64,000 nt of DNA, taken from NCBI GenBank assembly GCA_963701095.1, contig OY969564.1:896001-960000 (forward strand), given 5' to 3'. Shown piece after piece: positions 50,531 to 60,590 of this stretch; the first letter of the stretch is position 1, and each line of letters starts with the position of its first letter. The stretch comes from an uncultured Methanoregulaceae archaeon (lineage in GTDB: Archaea > Halobacteriota > Methanomicrobia > Methanomicrobiales > Methanospirillaceae). Position numbers and translations under genes: made by a program. The notes below the pieces were generated by a model. It searched no databases, had not been told where the DNA came from, and worked only from the letters and a program-made list of their open reading frames with translations.

Positions 50531-52084
50531 ATGATCGACATCTCCGGCATTCCCGAAAATCCCGGCTGCTACCTCTACGCTGACGAACACGGGACAATTA
50601 TCTACGTCGGGAAAGCTAAGAACCTCAAAAAAAGAGTGTCGAATTACTTTACCAAAAAAGATCATGATGCGAAGACAAGGAGTCTAGTTTCTCATATCGC
50701 GTCAGTTGATGTTGTTGTTACCGATAACGAAACCGAGGCATTCCTTCTTGAAAACACGCTTATCAAAAAACACCAGCCGAAATATAACATCGATTTAAAA
50801 GACGCAAAACGTTATGCATGGATAGAGCTGACCTGGGAAGAGTACCCGCGACTGGTGATCGCTCGCCGGGCAACTGGAAACGGAACCTTTTTTGGACCAT
50901 TTGTTTCCGCGGCTGAACGCGATCGAGTACTCAACGTCGCAAAGAAAATCTTTCACCTCCGGACCTGTAGAAAACTTCCGAAACGACCCTGCCTCCGGCT
51001 GCATATGCAGTCCTGCAGTGCCCCTTGCATTGGTGTCGTGAGCCCCGGGGAATACGAAGAAAATGTCAAAAAAGCATCACTTCTTCTCAAAGGAAAATCC
51101 ACAGAGCTGCTCACTAGACTCCGGGACGAGATGGCTGCTCGGGCAAAAGAAAAAGAGTACGAACGAGCCCTTGCGTTACGCAATGAAATTACAGCAATCG
51201 AACATCTTTCCGAACGCCAGCATGTGGAGCGCCGTCGTACCTACGACCAGGATGTTATTGCATGGCAGGTCACCGAAGGGAGGGTTTATCTTGTCGTTTT
51301 CAATGTTGAACGGGGAACGCTCACAAACAAAGAGGAATTCACCTTCGATGCCGGAGAAGATTTCTTCGAAGAGTTTCTTGTCCAGTATTATTCTGACCGC
51401 GAACCCCCAAAAGAACTGATCCTTGATCGTGAGACTGATCCGGCCCTTGCATCATTCCTTTCGGTGAAAAAAGGCCAGCAGGTAGACATTATGGTCCCGC
51501 AACGGGGAGATAAACGGTTGTTACTTGACCTTGCCCAAAAAAACCTCGAGGTTGCATTCTTCCGCGATACGCTCAAGAGTGTTGAACTGGCTGCAGCCCT
51601 CAATCTGCCATTTGCGCCTTCAGTAATCGAATGTTTTGATATCTCTCATCTTGCCGGTACGGCCATGGTCGGGTCCATGGTGCAGTTTCGGGACGGAAAA
51701 CCGGATAAAAGCAATTATCGGCGTTTTAAGATCAAGACAGTTGAGGGAATTGACGATTTTGCATCCATAGCAGAGATTGTAAAAAGGCGGTACCGGCGTC
51801 TGGTCGAAGAGCATGCTCCTTTTCCAGACCTTGTGATTGTCGACGGAGGAAAAGGGCAGCTTACTGCTACCCGAGAAGCCCTAGCCTCGCTCGGGGTCAC
51901 GGGGCAGCTGGTTATTGCTATTGCAAAACGCGAAGAAGACATCTATGTGCCAAACGACGATCTCCCGCTCCGGCTCGATAAGAAAAGTATTGCACTCCGC
52001 TATGTCCAGGAAATCCGGAATGAGGCGCACCGGTTTGCAATTACCTATAACCGGCTGCTTCGGAAAAAGAAGATCGTTGGGTGA
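50531..52084 (+). CDS. uvrC: Excinuclease ABC subunit C
   Basis: GIY-YIG region (PGCYLY..IYVGKAKNL) and RNase H-like FDISH, VDGGKGQ and RNEAHRFA. No C-terminal HhH domain. Confidence 0.95.
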   Translation: MIDISGIPENPGCYLYADEHGTIIYVGKAKNLKKRVSNYFTKKDHDAKTRSLVSHIASVDVVVTDNETEAFLLENTLIKKHQPKYNIDLKDAKRYAWIELTWEEYPRLVIARRATGNGTFFGPFVSAAERDRVLNVAKKIFHLRTCRKLPKRPCLRLHMQSCSAPCIGVVSPGEYEENVKKASLLLKGKSTELLTRLRDEMAARAKEKEYERALALRNEITAIEHLSERQHVERRRTYDQDVIAWQVTEGRVYLVVFNVERGTLTNKEEFTFDAGEDFFEEFLVQYYSDREPPKELILDRETDPALASFLSVKKGQQVDIMVPQRGDKRLLLDLAQKNLEVAFFRDTLKSVELAAALNLPFAPSVIECFDISHLAGTAMVGSMVQFRDGKPDKSNYRRFKIKTVEGIDDFASIAEIVKRRYRRLVEEHAPFPDLVIVDGGKGQLTATREALASLGVTGQLVIAIAKREEDIYVPNDDLPLRLDKKSIALRYVQEIRNEAHRFAITYNRLLRKKKIVG

Positions 52085-52179
52085 GCGTCTGCATATATAA
52101 ACAACCGAAAAATGAGATGAAGTCAAAAGTATTTATAGTAGATGATATACTATTCTCGTAAAAGATAAAGGAGAAAATC

Positions 52180-52554
52180 ATGCCAGACTTTTTAAACCCA
52201 TTTAGTGGCACCGTTCCGGACAGGAAGCTGACTGAAGAAGAACTCATCAGGGCCGTCCGGCTTGATATAGCCGGTGAACTTGAAGCGATTCACGGTTACA
52301 TGTCCCATGCAGAGGCAACCGATAATGTACTTGCAAAGGCTGTGCTCATCGATATTGCTAACGAGGAGCGGGTCCATGTAGGTGAACTTATCCGACTCCT
52401 AGGAATCCTGACAAAAGGAAAAGAGGACGAGTTTCTCCTGAAAGGGAAATCTGAAGTGGATGCTACCGCAGCCGGGCTCGTGATTCCTTCTTCCGTAGCA
52501 ATGGCACCCAAAGAAGAACCGACGATTGGATCACTCAAAACAAATGGAGTATAA
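52180..52554 (+). CDS. Encapsulin cargo ferritin-like protein (Flp/EncFtn)
   Basis: ELEAI..Y and IANEERVH di-iron motifs, plus a C-terminal PTIGSLK targeting peptide. Confidence 0.9.
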   Translation: MPDFLNPFSGTVPDRKLTEEELIRAVRLDIAGELEAIHGYMSHAEATDNVLAKAVLIDIANEERVHVGELIRLLGILTKGKEDEFLLKGKSEVDATAAGLVIPSSVAMAPKEEPTIGSLKTNGV

Positions 52555-52557
52555 CGT

Positions 52558-53346
52558 ATGGTAAACAATTATCTTGCACGGGACGATGCACCAATTGATG
52601 CAGCCTCGTGGAAACTGATCGATGATGTGATGGTCAAGGCTGCAAAAAGCCAGATCGTAGGGCGCCGGATTCTCCCCATCGAAGGTCCCTTCGGTTTTGG
52701 TCTCAAAGTTATCCCTCTTGGAGATTATGCGGTCGATGATGGCCTCATAGGAAGTACTGCGATCCCCCTGACGATGATCAGGACGGAATTTTCTCTTGCC
52801 AAACGCGATCTTGCTTCTTTCGAACGCGACCACCTTGTTCTGGATACGAATCCGGTATCAGATGCGGCAATGGAAGCCGCTGAAAAAGAGGACAAGATCA
52901 TATTCTCGGGACTTCCCGGGATAGAAGGCCTGCTGAATGCAGAGGGATCCGGTTCGCTTACCCTTACAAAGTGGGACAAAGTCGGTGCAGCAGCAGATCA
53001 GATTATTAACGCTGTGACAAAACTTGATGAAGCAGGGTTCCACGGGCCATACACCATGGCACTCGCCCCGGCGCAGTATAACCTGCTTCTGAGGCGGTAC
53101 CCCCAGGGAGATGGGACAGAACTCGATCATATCCGATCGATAGTCACTGAGGGCGTCGTAAAAGCCCCGGCACTCAAGAAAGGCGGAGTTCTGCTTGCGT
53201 CCGGAAGCCAGTACACATCTATAGCGATTGGCCAGGACATGGTTACCGGGTATAATGGTCCCATTGGCGATCTCCTCGAGTTCCAGATATACGAAAGCCT
53301 TGCGCTCCTCATCCGTGCACCTGAATCGATCCTTGTATTAAAGTGA
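52558..53346 (+). CDS. Family 1 encapsulin shell protein
   Basis: YLARDDAPI..W, VGRRILPIEGPFGFG, EDKIIFSG..IEGLL, GPYTMAL and IGQDMVTGY. Confidence 0.93.
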   Translation: MVNNYLARDDAPIDAASWKLIDDVMVKAAKSQIVGRRILPIEGPFGFGLKVIPLGDYAVDDGLIGSTAIPLTMIRTEFSLAKRDLASFERDHLVLDTNPVSDAAMEAAEKEDKIIFSGLPGIEGLLNAEGSGSLTLTKWDKVGAAADQIINAVTKLDEAGFHGPYTMALAPAQYNLLLRRYPQGDGTELDHIRSIVTEGVVKAPALKKGGVLLASGSQYTSIAIGQDMVTGYNGPIGDLLEFQIYESLALLIRAPESILVLK

Positions 53347-53384
53347 CCAATCCCTTTTTTGGGATATCAGTGTAATAACCAGAT

Positions 53385-53771
53385 ATGAATTTCCGGACCT
53401 GCTCCCTTTACGCATCGGTAGTTCTCATTGCGGTAGCGCTTGTCTTTGGCGCAGGGTGTCTCAGTACCACGAATGTTGAAGACAGCGCAGCAGGTCTTAT
53501 ACATACCCATTACCAATACCAGGATTCATGGTCGCCGGAATATGGCTGCTATGATGATCTGACAGGATACGTCTACAGTACCGGCAATGTCTCAACGACT
53601 GGCCTTAAACTCGATTTCAACCTGGTAAACACCGGAACCGGGACCATCCGGGATTCACGATCGGTCTATATCGGAAATCTTGGGCCGGGTCAGACACAGA
53701 ACTACGAGACAATTCTTGACGGCGAGTGCTCGCAGGATTACCGGGTTGATATTGCCTTTGAAAACACGTAA
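53385..53771 (+). CDS. Putative lipoprotein with an Ig-like (FxLYD/CARDB-like) domain
   Basis: GAGC lipobox, then GYVYSTGN..IGNLGPGQT. Confidence 0.7.
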   Translation: MNFRTCSLYASVVLIAVALVFGAGCLSTTNVEDSAAGLIHTHYQYQDSWSPEYGCYDDLTGYVYSTGNVSTTGLKLDFNLVNTGTGTIRDSRSVYIGNLGPGQTQNYETILDGECSQDYRVDIAFENT

Positions 53772-53780
53772 GTGAAACAG

Positions 53781-54433
53781 TTACTGCTGATATACAAGCG
53801 GATCCGTAACACCTGCCTGTTCAAATGCTTCAAGCCTTTCCGTACATGCACCACATTTTCCACAGGAGAGGTCTTCACCTTTGTAACATGACCAGGTGTC
53901 TCCATATTCCACACCAAGGCCGATCCCTCTTTTGACGATATCACCTTTGGAGAGCCAGAGGTACGGCACATTGAGCACGAGATCGTTCCAGTCGCAAAGA
54001 TGCAGTGCCGTGGTCATGGCACTCACAAACGCCGCCGGCAATCCGGATAGATAGCATGGTCACCGGCGTGTGCTGCATAAAATAGGTTTTTTGACCCGAT
54101 GCCGATAGCGTAAGCAGCAGCGAGGCTCAAAAAGATCATATTCCTGTTGGGGACAACGGTCTGCTTCATCGTCTCTTCTGCATAATGGCCTTCAGGAATC
54201 TTCCATGAGTCCCGGGTCAGGCTGGAAGGAGCAAGATCGTTTAAAACCGGAAGATTTACAAGGGTATGAGAGATGTGCAGTTTTGTGCAGGTTTTTTCCG
54301 CGCACTTGATCTCTTTTTTGTGTTTCTGGGAATAATCAAACGTGACAGCCGCAACCTCGTAGCCCTGATCAATGAGATCGTACAGAAGGGTGGTGCTGTC
54401 CATGCCCCCGGATAAAATAAGAACTGCCTTCAT
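53781..54433 (-). CDS. queC: 7-cyano-7-deazaguanine synthase (one indel near 54035)
   Basis: SGGMDS, VPNRN, YPDCR and TWSCY..CGKCGAC motifs. Confidence 0.93.
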
Positions 54434-54571
54434 TGCGGTATCCTTTCCATCTAACCGTTATATTCACGAGCTATATCAAGGAAACGCCGCACCTAATGCA
54501 ATAAAAAGAATCGGGCACCTAAAAAGCATATCACTTCAAACAACGAAAATATAGTCCGGAGTTCATCTGAA

Positions 54572-56191
54572 ATGGCCGGTCCCTACCTGAAAAGCGGCGA
54601 ATCCATTATCCTGACAACGGATCGGGTACTCATTGATGATATTGAGTACGACCTCATCCTGACCAGCCACCGCCTTGCCCTGGTGGACAGTAATCATCAC
54701 ATTGACCAGCCTCAGGTAGTCCCGTTTGATACTATAATATCAGTTAAAGGAGAAACCACACCGGCAAGAGAACCATGCATCACTATCGCCGTTGTTGATC
54801 CAGATAATATCGAGAATGAAAAGACACTAAAACTCATATTCACCCAACAACCTTACCAGGACCGGTCAGCGGAATGTGATCTATGGGTAAAAAAAATGAT
54901 CGAGCATATTGTATCGGTCCGACAAGAACCGGCAACGGCAGGAAAACAACCGGTTGAGGTAAAACCCCGGGAGACTCATGCTACCATTCGCCGGTTTGTC
55001 GCTCCAGAGAAACTTCGGCCCCATATAGAAATACCCCAATACCGCAAACCCTCGGAGGAATTGCTCGCAGCGTTACAGAAAACTGCACAGGAACAGCAGG
55101 ATCATGCACCAGATGAACCCGGACAGTATGAACGCGAAGAGACATCGGCGGTGCCCGTTCTCGCCCAGGAACAGGAGATCAGGCAGATCCCCTCGATCGC
55201 CAAATCTATTCCTTTCAATAAACTTGTCAACGATAAAGAGGCAATGCAGTCTGAGGAAAAGACCGGGCAATCTGTTCCAGAATTACCTTTTACAGAACCA
55301 GTCCCTGAACATGCCAAAGAGAAAGAAGAACTGCCATCGCCTGTAATTGCAGAAGAAAACCTTGGCATGAGTGTCCCGGATCCGGGCAATCAGGAATCAG
55401 TCAGTACCGAACCGGTGGACGATATTGAAAAATTTGCCGGTGTGTATGCAGATAAGATCCCCGCTCCGGCAGTATCGTACGGAACATTACCGGAACCTGA
55501 AACAACCGGTGAAATGCCTGCAGTAGAACCTCAAACCCCGGAAGCCGAAAGCCAGGAGGGGACAGGGCTACCTCACAATGTGGTCTTTCCGGTCCTTCCA
55601 GGCAGCCACACTCAAAGCGAACCGCCAAAAACTCCAAATAAAGGTAGTCCACCCGTCTCAGTCGAACCATCATCCCCAGGAATGTCGAAGGGAAAAAAGA
55701 GGACGGGAATACTGGTTGCAATTGTTCTTGTGCTCCTGGTTGTTTTGGGTGCAACAGCCATTATTTTTTTGCTCTCTCCGGCGGGTTTGATGAGTAGTAC
55801 ACATAACACAACCGTTGCACCGATCGTCACTTCACCTCCGGTCATCACGGCAATCCAGACGAGTGCAATCCCCCCCCAGGGGGTCTGGCTCAAGGTGACA
55901 TATAACGGAACTTTTGAAGGGTCGTACGGGAATCCTGGCCCGGCTAATCAGCAAGAGATAAGGGGATCCGGCGAACAGTTCTATGCCATAAAGAATGGCA
56001 ACGATCTCATCCAGGCACGCTTCCAGAAGCTTGATAATTCCGGGAATACCCTAACTGTTGAAATTTACAACAACGGAACCATGGTCAAGCAATTCAGCAA
56101 AAGCAGCCCTAAAGCAGAGATTGATTTCCTTGTTGATCCGACAACCGGAAATCCTCCCTTTGTTCCAATCAGGAAACCCGGTCAACAATAA
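54572..56191 (+). CDS. Bitopic membrane protein: PH-like N-terminal domain, long acidic Pro-rich linker, TM and external domain
   Basis: LILTSHRLALVD pattern, E/P-rich low-complexity middle region, KKRT followed by a TM segment. Confidence 0.75.
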   Translation: MAGPYLKSGESIILTTDRVLIDDIEYDLILTSHRLALVDSNHHIDQPQVVPFDTIISVKGETTPAREPCITIAVVDPDNIENEKTLKLIFTQQPYQDRSAECDLWVKKMIEHIVSVRQEPATAGKQPVEVKPRETHATIRRFVAPEKLRPHIEIPQYRKPSEELLAALQKTAQEQQDHAPDEPGQYEREETSAVPVLAQEQEIRQIPSIAKSIPFNKLVNDKEAMQSEEKTGQSVPELPFTEPVPEHAKEKEELPSPVIAEENLGMSVPDPGNQESVSTEPVDDIEKFAGVYADKIPAPAVSYGTLPEPETTGEMPAVEPQTPEAESQEGTGLPHNVVFPVLPGSHTQSEPPKTPNKGSPPVSVEPSSPGMSKGKKRTGILVAIVLVLLVVLGATAIIFLLSPAGLMSSTHNTTVAPIVTSPPVITAIQTSAIPPQGVWLKVTYNGTFEGSYGNPGPANQQEIRGSGEQFYAIKNGNDLIQARFQKLDNSGNTLTVEIYNNGTMVKQFSKSSPKAEIDFLVDPTTGNPPFVPIRKPGQQ

Positions 56192-56334
56192 CAAGCTGGC
56201 GGTGCATGCATCAGGTTAGCGTTCCCTCGCGGGCAACAACTCTATCGTATCACCCATTTTAACCGGGAGAATCACGCCTGTCTCCACCTGAAGATTTTTG
56301 AATCTTGCATACATTGATAGGTACGGTAAGAACT

Positions 56335-57626
56335 ATGGCAATTGACTGGTACAACGAATTTGTCGATACTTCCTATGAACCGGCAAAAGACGATCTTGTC
56401 TGCCTTTTTTATTTTGAACCTGCTGCCGGGATTACGGACGAAGAAGGTGCCGGAAGGATAGCTTCGGAGAGCTCGACCGGTACGTGGACGACCCTTTTTA
56501 CGATGCCACCGCGGATGAAAAAACTGGAAGCAACTGCGTTTGAATTTGACCGGCATTTTGTGAAAGTCGCCTATCCCCTTGCACTCTGGGAAGAGGGTAA
56601 CGCCGTCCAATTGATGAGCGGGATCGCAGGGAACATTTTCGGGATGAAAGCACTTAAAAACCTGCGACTTCTCGACGCATCGCTTCCTGCATCCTATCTC
56701 CGCGGCTTTAAAGGGCCCCATTTTGGCATGGACGGGATCCGCAAAATGATGAAAGTAAGCGACCGTCCACTCACAGGAGCCGTCCCAAAACCAAAGATTG
56801 GGTTCTCGGCACAGGAACACGCACAAATCGGGTATGAAACCTGGATGGGCGGCTTTGATTTTGTCAAAGACGATGAGAACCTTACCTCGACGTCGTTTAA
56901 CCGGTTCGATGATCGGGTAAAATACATGACAAAACTCCGGGACAAGGCCGAAAAGGAAACCGGCAAAAAAAATCGGCTTTCCTAAACATCTCCGCTGATG
57001 TGGAAACCATGAAAAAGCGAGCCGATCTCCTTGTGGAGTACGGCTGGAACTACGCGATGATCGATGTAGTAGTCGCTGGAAATGCCAGTGTCATGACCAT
57101 GCGGGACTACTGTTCTGACCTTGGCCTTGCGATCCATGCACACCGTGCAATGCACGCCGCGTTTGACCGGAATAAGAAACACGGCGTTACGATGTACTTC
57201 CTCGCAAAACTCATGCGGCTGATAGGAGTATCCCAGATTCATACCGGAACAGCCGTGGGAAAACTGACCGGAACAAAAACAGAGTCTATTCTTCTTGCTG
57301 ACCTTCTGCGAAAGAAAAAGATCGCGGAAGTCCCTCACCAGTGTCTCGCACAGGACTGGGGATCCATAAAGAATGCATTCCCGGTCTCGTCCGGCGGCCT
57401 GCACCCGGGACTTGTTCCTGACGTTCTTGATATCTACGGTAAGGACCTTATTCTTCTGGTCTCAGGAGGTATCCATGGTCATCCCAATGGTACCCGGGCG
57501 GGCGCAAAAGCAACCATGCAGGCGATAGAAGCATGGCAGGAGGGTGTTTCCCTCGATGACAAAGCAAAAACCGCTCGCGAACTGCATGAAGCGCTGAAAA
57601 AATGGGGATATTACAAACCTAAGTAA
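56335..57626 (+). CDS. rbcL: Form III RuBisCO large subunit (one indel in the A8 run at 56965-56972)
   Basis: ASESSTGTWT, KPKIG, GFDFVKDDE, HAHRAMH, HTGT..GKL, SGGLH and GGIHGHP. A ninth A gives GKKKSAFLNI. Confidence 0.93.
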
Positions 57627-57688
57627 GAGACAATAAGAGTGCTCTATCCCAATCCCTTTTTATATCCCGGTTAAATCTCTTTAGCATC

Positions 57689-59644
57689 GTGACAGGATTT
57701 CAGCTCGTCTCTTCCTTTCCTCCCGCCGGTTCACAGCCGGAAGCAATAGCCCGGCTCAATGACGGCCTCGCCGATAACGCCCGGTTTCAGACGCTCCTTG
57801 GGGTTACCGGTTCCGGAAAAACCTTTACCATGGCGAATGTTATCGCGGCCGCAGACAAACCTACGCTGGTCATTGCCCACAACAAGACCCTTGCTGCGCA
57901 GCTGTACCAGGAGTTCTGCGATTTTTTCCCGAAAAACCGTGTTGAGTATTTTGTCTCGTATTATGATTATTACCAGCCGGAGTCGTACATTCCCTCAAAA
58001 GACCAGTATATCGAGAAGGACTCGTCCATTAACCCTAAAATCGAGATGTTGAGGCTCTCAGCCACTGCATCGCTCTCCCACCGCCGCGACGTTATTGTCG
58101 TCGCATCTGTCTCCTGCATCTTCGGTCTTGGAAATCCTGAAAATTTCCGGAACCTTGGTTTTGACCTTACGGTAGGCCAGAAAATCTCAAGAAAAGAGAT
58201 CATGAGCCGGCTGCTGGATATCCAGTTCGAACGGAACGATATCGATCTTTCACCGGGCCGGTTCCGGGTCAAAGGCGACACTATCGATATTGTCCCCGGT
58301 TACTTTAATGATATTATCAGGATCGAACTTTTCGGTGATGAGATTGAGCGTATCCGTGAAGTAGACAAAAATACCGGGGCAAAAAAAGAGGAGATGAAGT
58401 ATTTCTATGTGTATCCCGCACGCCATTTCGTTACCCCGGAAAGTGCACAGAAGGCCGCTGTCGCATCGATACAGGAAGAACTTGATGAAGTCCTTCCCAC
58501 TTTAGGGCTGGTTGAGGCCCATCGGTTACGGCAGAGGACAAACTTCGATCTCGAGATGATACGTGAAACCGGTTCCTGCAAAGGGATCGAGAATTACTCC
58601 CGGCACTTCGACGGCAGGAAACCCGGGGAGAAACCGTACTGCCTTCTTGATTACTTCCCCGACGATTTTCTTATGATTATAGATGAGAGCCATCAGACGA
58701 TTCCGCAACTGCACGGAATGTATAATGGTGACCGTTCCCGCAAAGAAACTCTCGTAAACTACGGTTTCCGTCTTCCCTCTGCATTAGATAACCGGCCTCT
58801 GAAATTTCACGAGTTTGAGCAGTACATGTGCCAGGCAATCTTTGTTTCGGCAACTCCGGGACCTTATGAATTAAAGCACTCCACGCAGGTAGTCGAACAG
58901 ATTATTCGACCAACCGGCCTTATCGACCCCGCCGTCGAAGTGAGGCCCACTGAAGGCCAGACCCTTGACGTAATAGAAGAAGTAAAAAAGACCATTGCAC
59001 GCGGCGACCGGGTGCTGGTAACAACACTCACTAAAAAACTTGCAGAGGAACTTTCTGAATACTTTGCCGACCGGGGTATCCGCACACGGTATCTTCATTC
59101 AGAAATCCAGACACTGGAGCGAACGGAAATCATCCGCGAACTGCGGTTGGGTAAATTCGATGTACTGGTCGGAATTAACCTCCTCCGGGAAGGTCTGGAT
59201 ATCCCTGAGGTGGGCTATATCGGGATTCTAGACGCAGATAAGGAAGGGTTCCTCCGCGATGCCCGGAGCCTCATCCAGATCATCGGAAGAGCGGCCAGGA
59301 ACGTGCACGCAAAAGTTGTTCTCTATGCTGACAATATGACCGATTCGATGAAGACTGCAATCTCCGAAACAAAACGGCGGCGTGAAATGCAGATTGCATA
59401 CAACACGGAGCATCATATCGTCCCGCAGACTATCATAAAACCGGTAAAAGAAAAAGAAGTCGAGATCAAGGATACAAAACATGTACCGAAAGCAGAGATC
59501 CCAAATGTCGTCATCGAGCTTGAAAAACAAATGCAGGATGCAGCGAACAACCTCGACTTTGAGCGGGCAATTGCACTACGCGAACAGGTAAAAAAACTTA
59601 ATGAGCGACTCAGGGAAAGTGGAAAGCATCGCGTGCATGAATAA
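57689..59644 (+). CDS. uvrB: Excinuclease ABC subunit B
   Basis: GVTGSGKT, YYDYYQPE, DESH, GINLLREGLD and a C-terminal UVR coil. Confidence 0.97.
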   Translation: MTGFQLVSSFPPAGSQPEAIARLNDGLADNARFQTLLGVTGSGKTFTMANVIAAADKPTLVIAHNKTLAAQLYQEFCDFFPKNRVEYFVSYYDYYQPESYIPSKDQYIEKDSSINPKIEMLRLSATASLSHRRDVIVVASVSCIFGLGNPENFRNLGFDLTVGQKISRKEIMSRLLDIQFERNDIDLSPGRFRVKGDTIDIVPGYFNDIIRIELFGDEIERIREVDKNTGAKKEEMKYFYVYPARHFVTPESAQKAAVASIQEELDEVLPTLGLVEAHRLRQRTNFDLEMIRETGSCKGIENYSRHFDGRKPGEKPYCLLDYFPDDFLMIIDESHQTIPQLHGMYNGDRSRKETLVNYGFRLPSALDNRPLKFHEFEQYMCQAIFVSATPGPYELKHSTQVVEQIIRPTGLIDPAVEVRPTEGQTLDVIEEVKKTIARGDRVLVTTLTKKLAEELSEYFADRGIRTRYLHSEIQTLERTEIIRELRLGKFDVLVGINLLREGLDIPEVGYIGILDADKEGFLRDARSLIQIIGRAARNVHAKVVLYADNMTDSMKTAISETKRRREMQIAYNTEHHIVPQTIIKPVKEKEVEIKDTKHVPKAEIPNVVIELEKQMQDAANNLDFERAIALREQVKKLNERLRESGKHRVHE

Positions 59645-59934
59645 TTAACCCTTGATCAGAGGTCATGACTTTTCTGTCTATCATTCTGCAACGGTTCACG
59701 TCTCTCCTACATTGCAGATCTTCTTTATGTTATGGTTTACAATATATCGGGCGATCTACCCTATCTAATGTTAAGGAAAACAGTAGCTACGATTAGCAAG
59801 AGGTTTCAAGCGAAAACGTAAAGCAGGGGCTAGCAATAAAAAGATGATGAGGATAAATTGGATAAAACCATTGCCCATCGAACCGCAAACGCAATAGGAA
59901 AGTACAGCAATAAAAATACGGTGACTTTAAAAAA

Positions 59935-60441
59935 ATGACCTTGGTGGCAGATATGGCTATAGGAATGATCCAGCTGATCATTGCCATCATTTTTTCGGTA
60001 ATTGCTCTCTACGCAGGATTACTCACGTTTAACCATCTTACCGGAGGTTTCGATGCACCTGGCGAAATTAAACGGGGAAATGTTGCCGTTGGTCTTCTCA
60101 TAGCTTCCATTTATATTGGTATTTCAATACCTGCGTATGCCGGAATTCAGGCAATCCTTGCTGGTTTAAACAATATTGCTACCGAAGGTATGTTCTCGGC
60201 AGAAAGTACCTTCAACATTGTATTCATAATTGTTGAACTGGGATTGAGTATTCTTCTGGCTGTTGGCGCAATTTATGTCGTAATGTATATCATTGCCCAG
60301 GTGAGTTCCTCTATTGACGTGCTTCGTGAAATCAAATATGGAAATGTCTCGATGGCACTGGTAGTGGCAAGCATGATCCTGTCAGTATGTATTGTAATCC
60401 ATTGGAGTATTGATGGATTATTCAAATCTGTCTTTTTTTAA
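59935..60441 (+). CDS. DUF350-like membrane protein
   Basis: Internal duplication EIKRGNVAVG / EIKYGNVSMA, with four TMs. Confidence 0.8.
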   Translation: MTLVADMAIGMIQLIIAIIFSVIALYAGLLTFNHLTGGFDAPGEIKRGNVAVGLLIASIYIGISIPAYAGIQAILAGLNNIATEGMFSAESTFNIVFIIVELGLSILLAVGAIYVVMYIIAQVSSSIDVLREIKYGNVSMALVVASMILSVCIVIHWSIDGLFKSVFF

Positions 60442-60590
60442 AAGGATTGAAAACTCAATTATTCTTTCCGAATAGAGAAAAGTTTGGGGAACTAAAAAAG
60501 GGTTAGATTAACCAATCCAGTTTTCTTACAGGAAGTAAAGAGGGAAACACAGTTCAGATGGCCATTAATATCTGAGAAAAGGGTCTAAGA

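Noticed and set aside
52558..53346. Prophage capsid gene (HK97 fold)
   Set aside because: There is no terminase, portal or integrase, and the adjacent cargo with a targeting peptide identifies it as an encapsulin.
53781..54433. QueC as part of a defence or DNA-modification system (Dpd, QatABCD, CBASS type IV)
   Set aside because: It is a canonical short QueC with no partner genes nearby, which fits archaeosine precursor synthesis.
54434..54571. preQ1 riboswitch upstream of queC; GCACCTAA occurs twice
   Set aside because: I found no preQ1 stem with an A-rich tail on the coding strand, and an 8-bp repeat is too short to support a claim.
56960..56985. Programmed frameshift or phase variation at the A8 run in RuBisCO
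   Set aside because: It is one of many similar indels across unrelated genes and I saw no stimulatory structure. Sequencing error is the simpler explanation.
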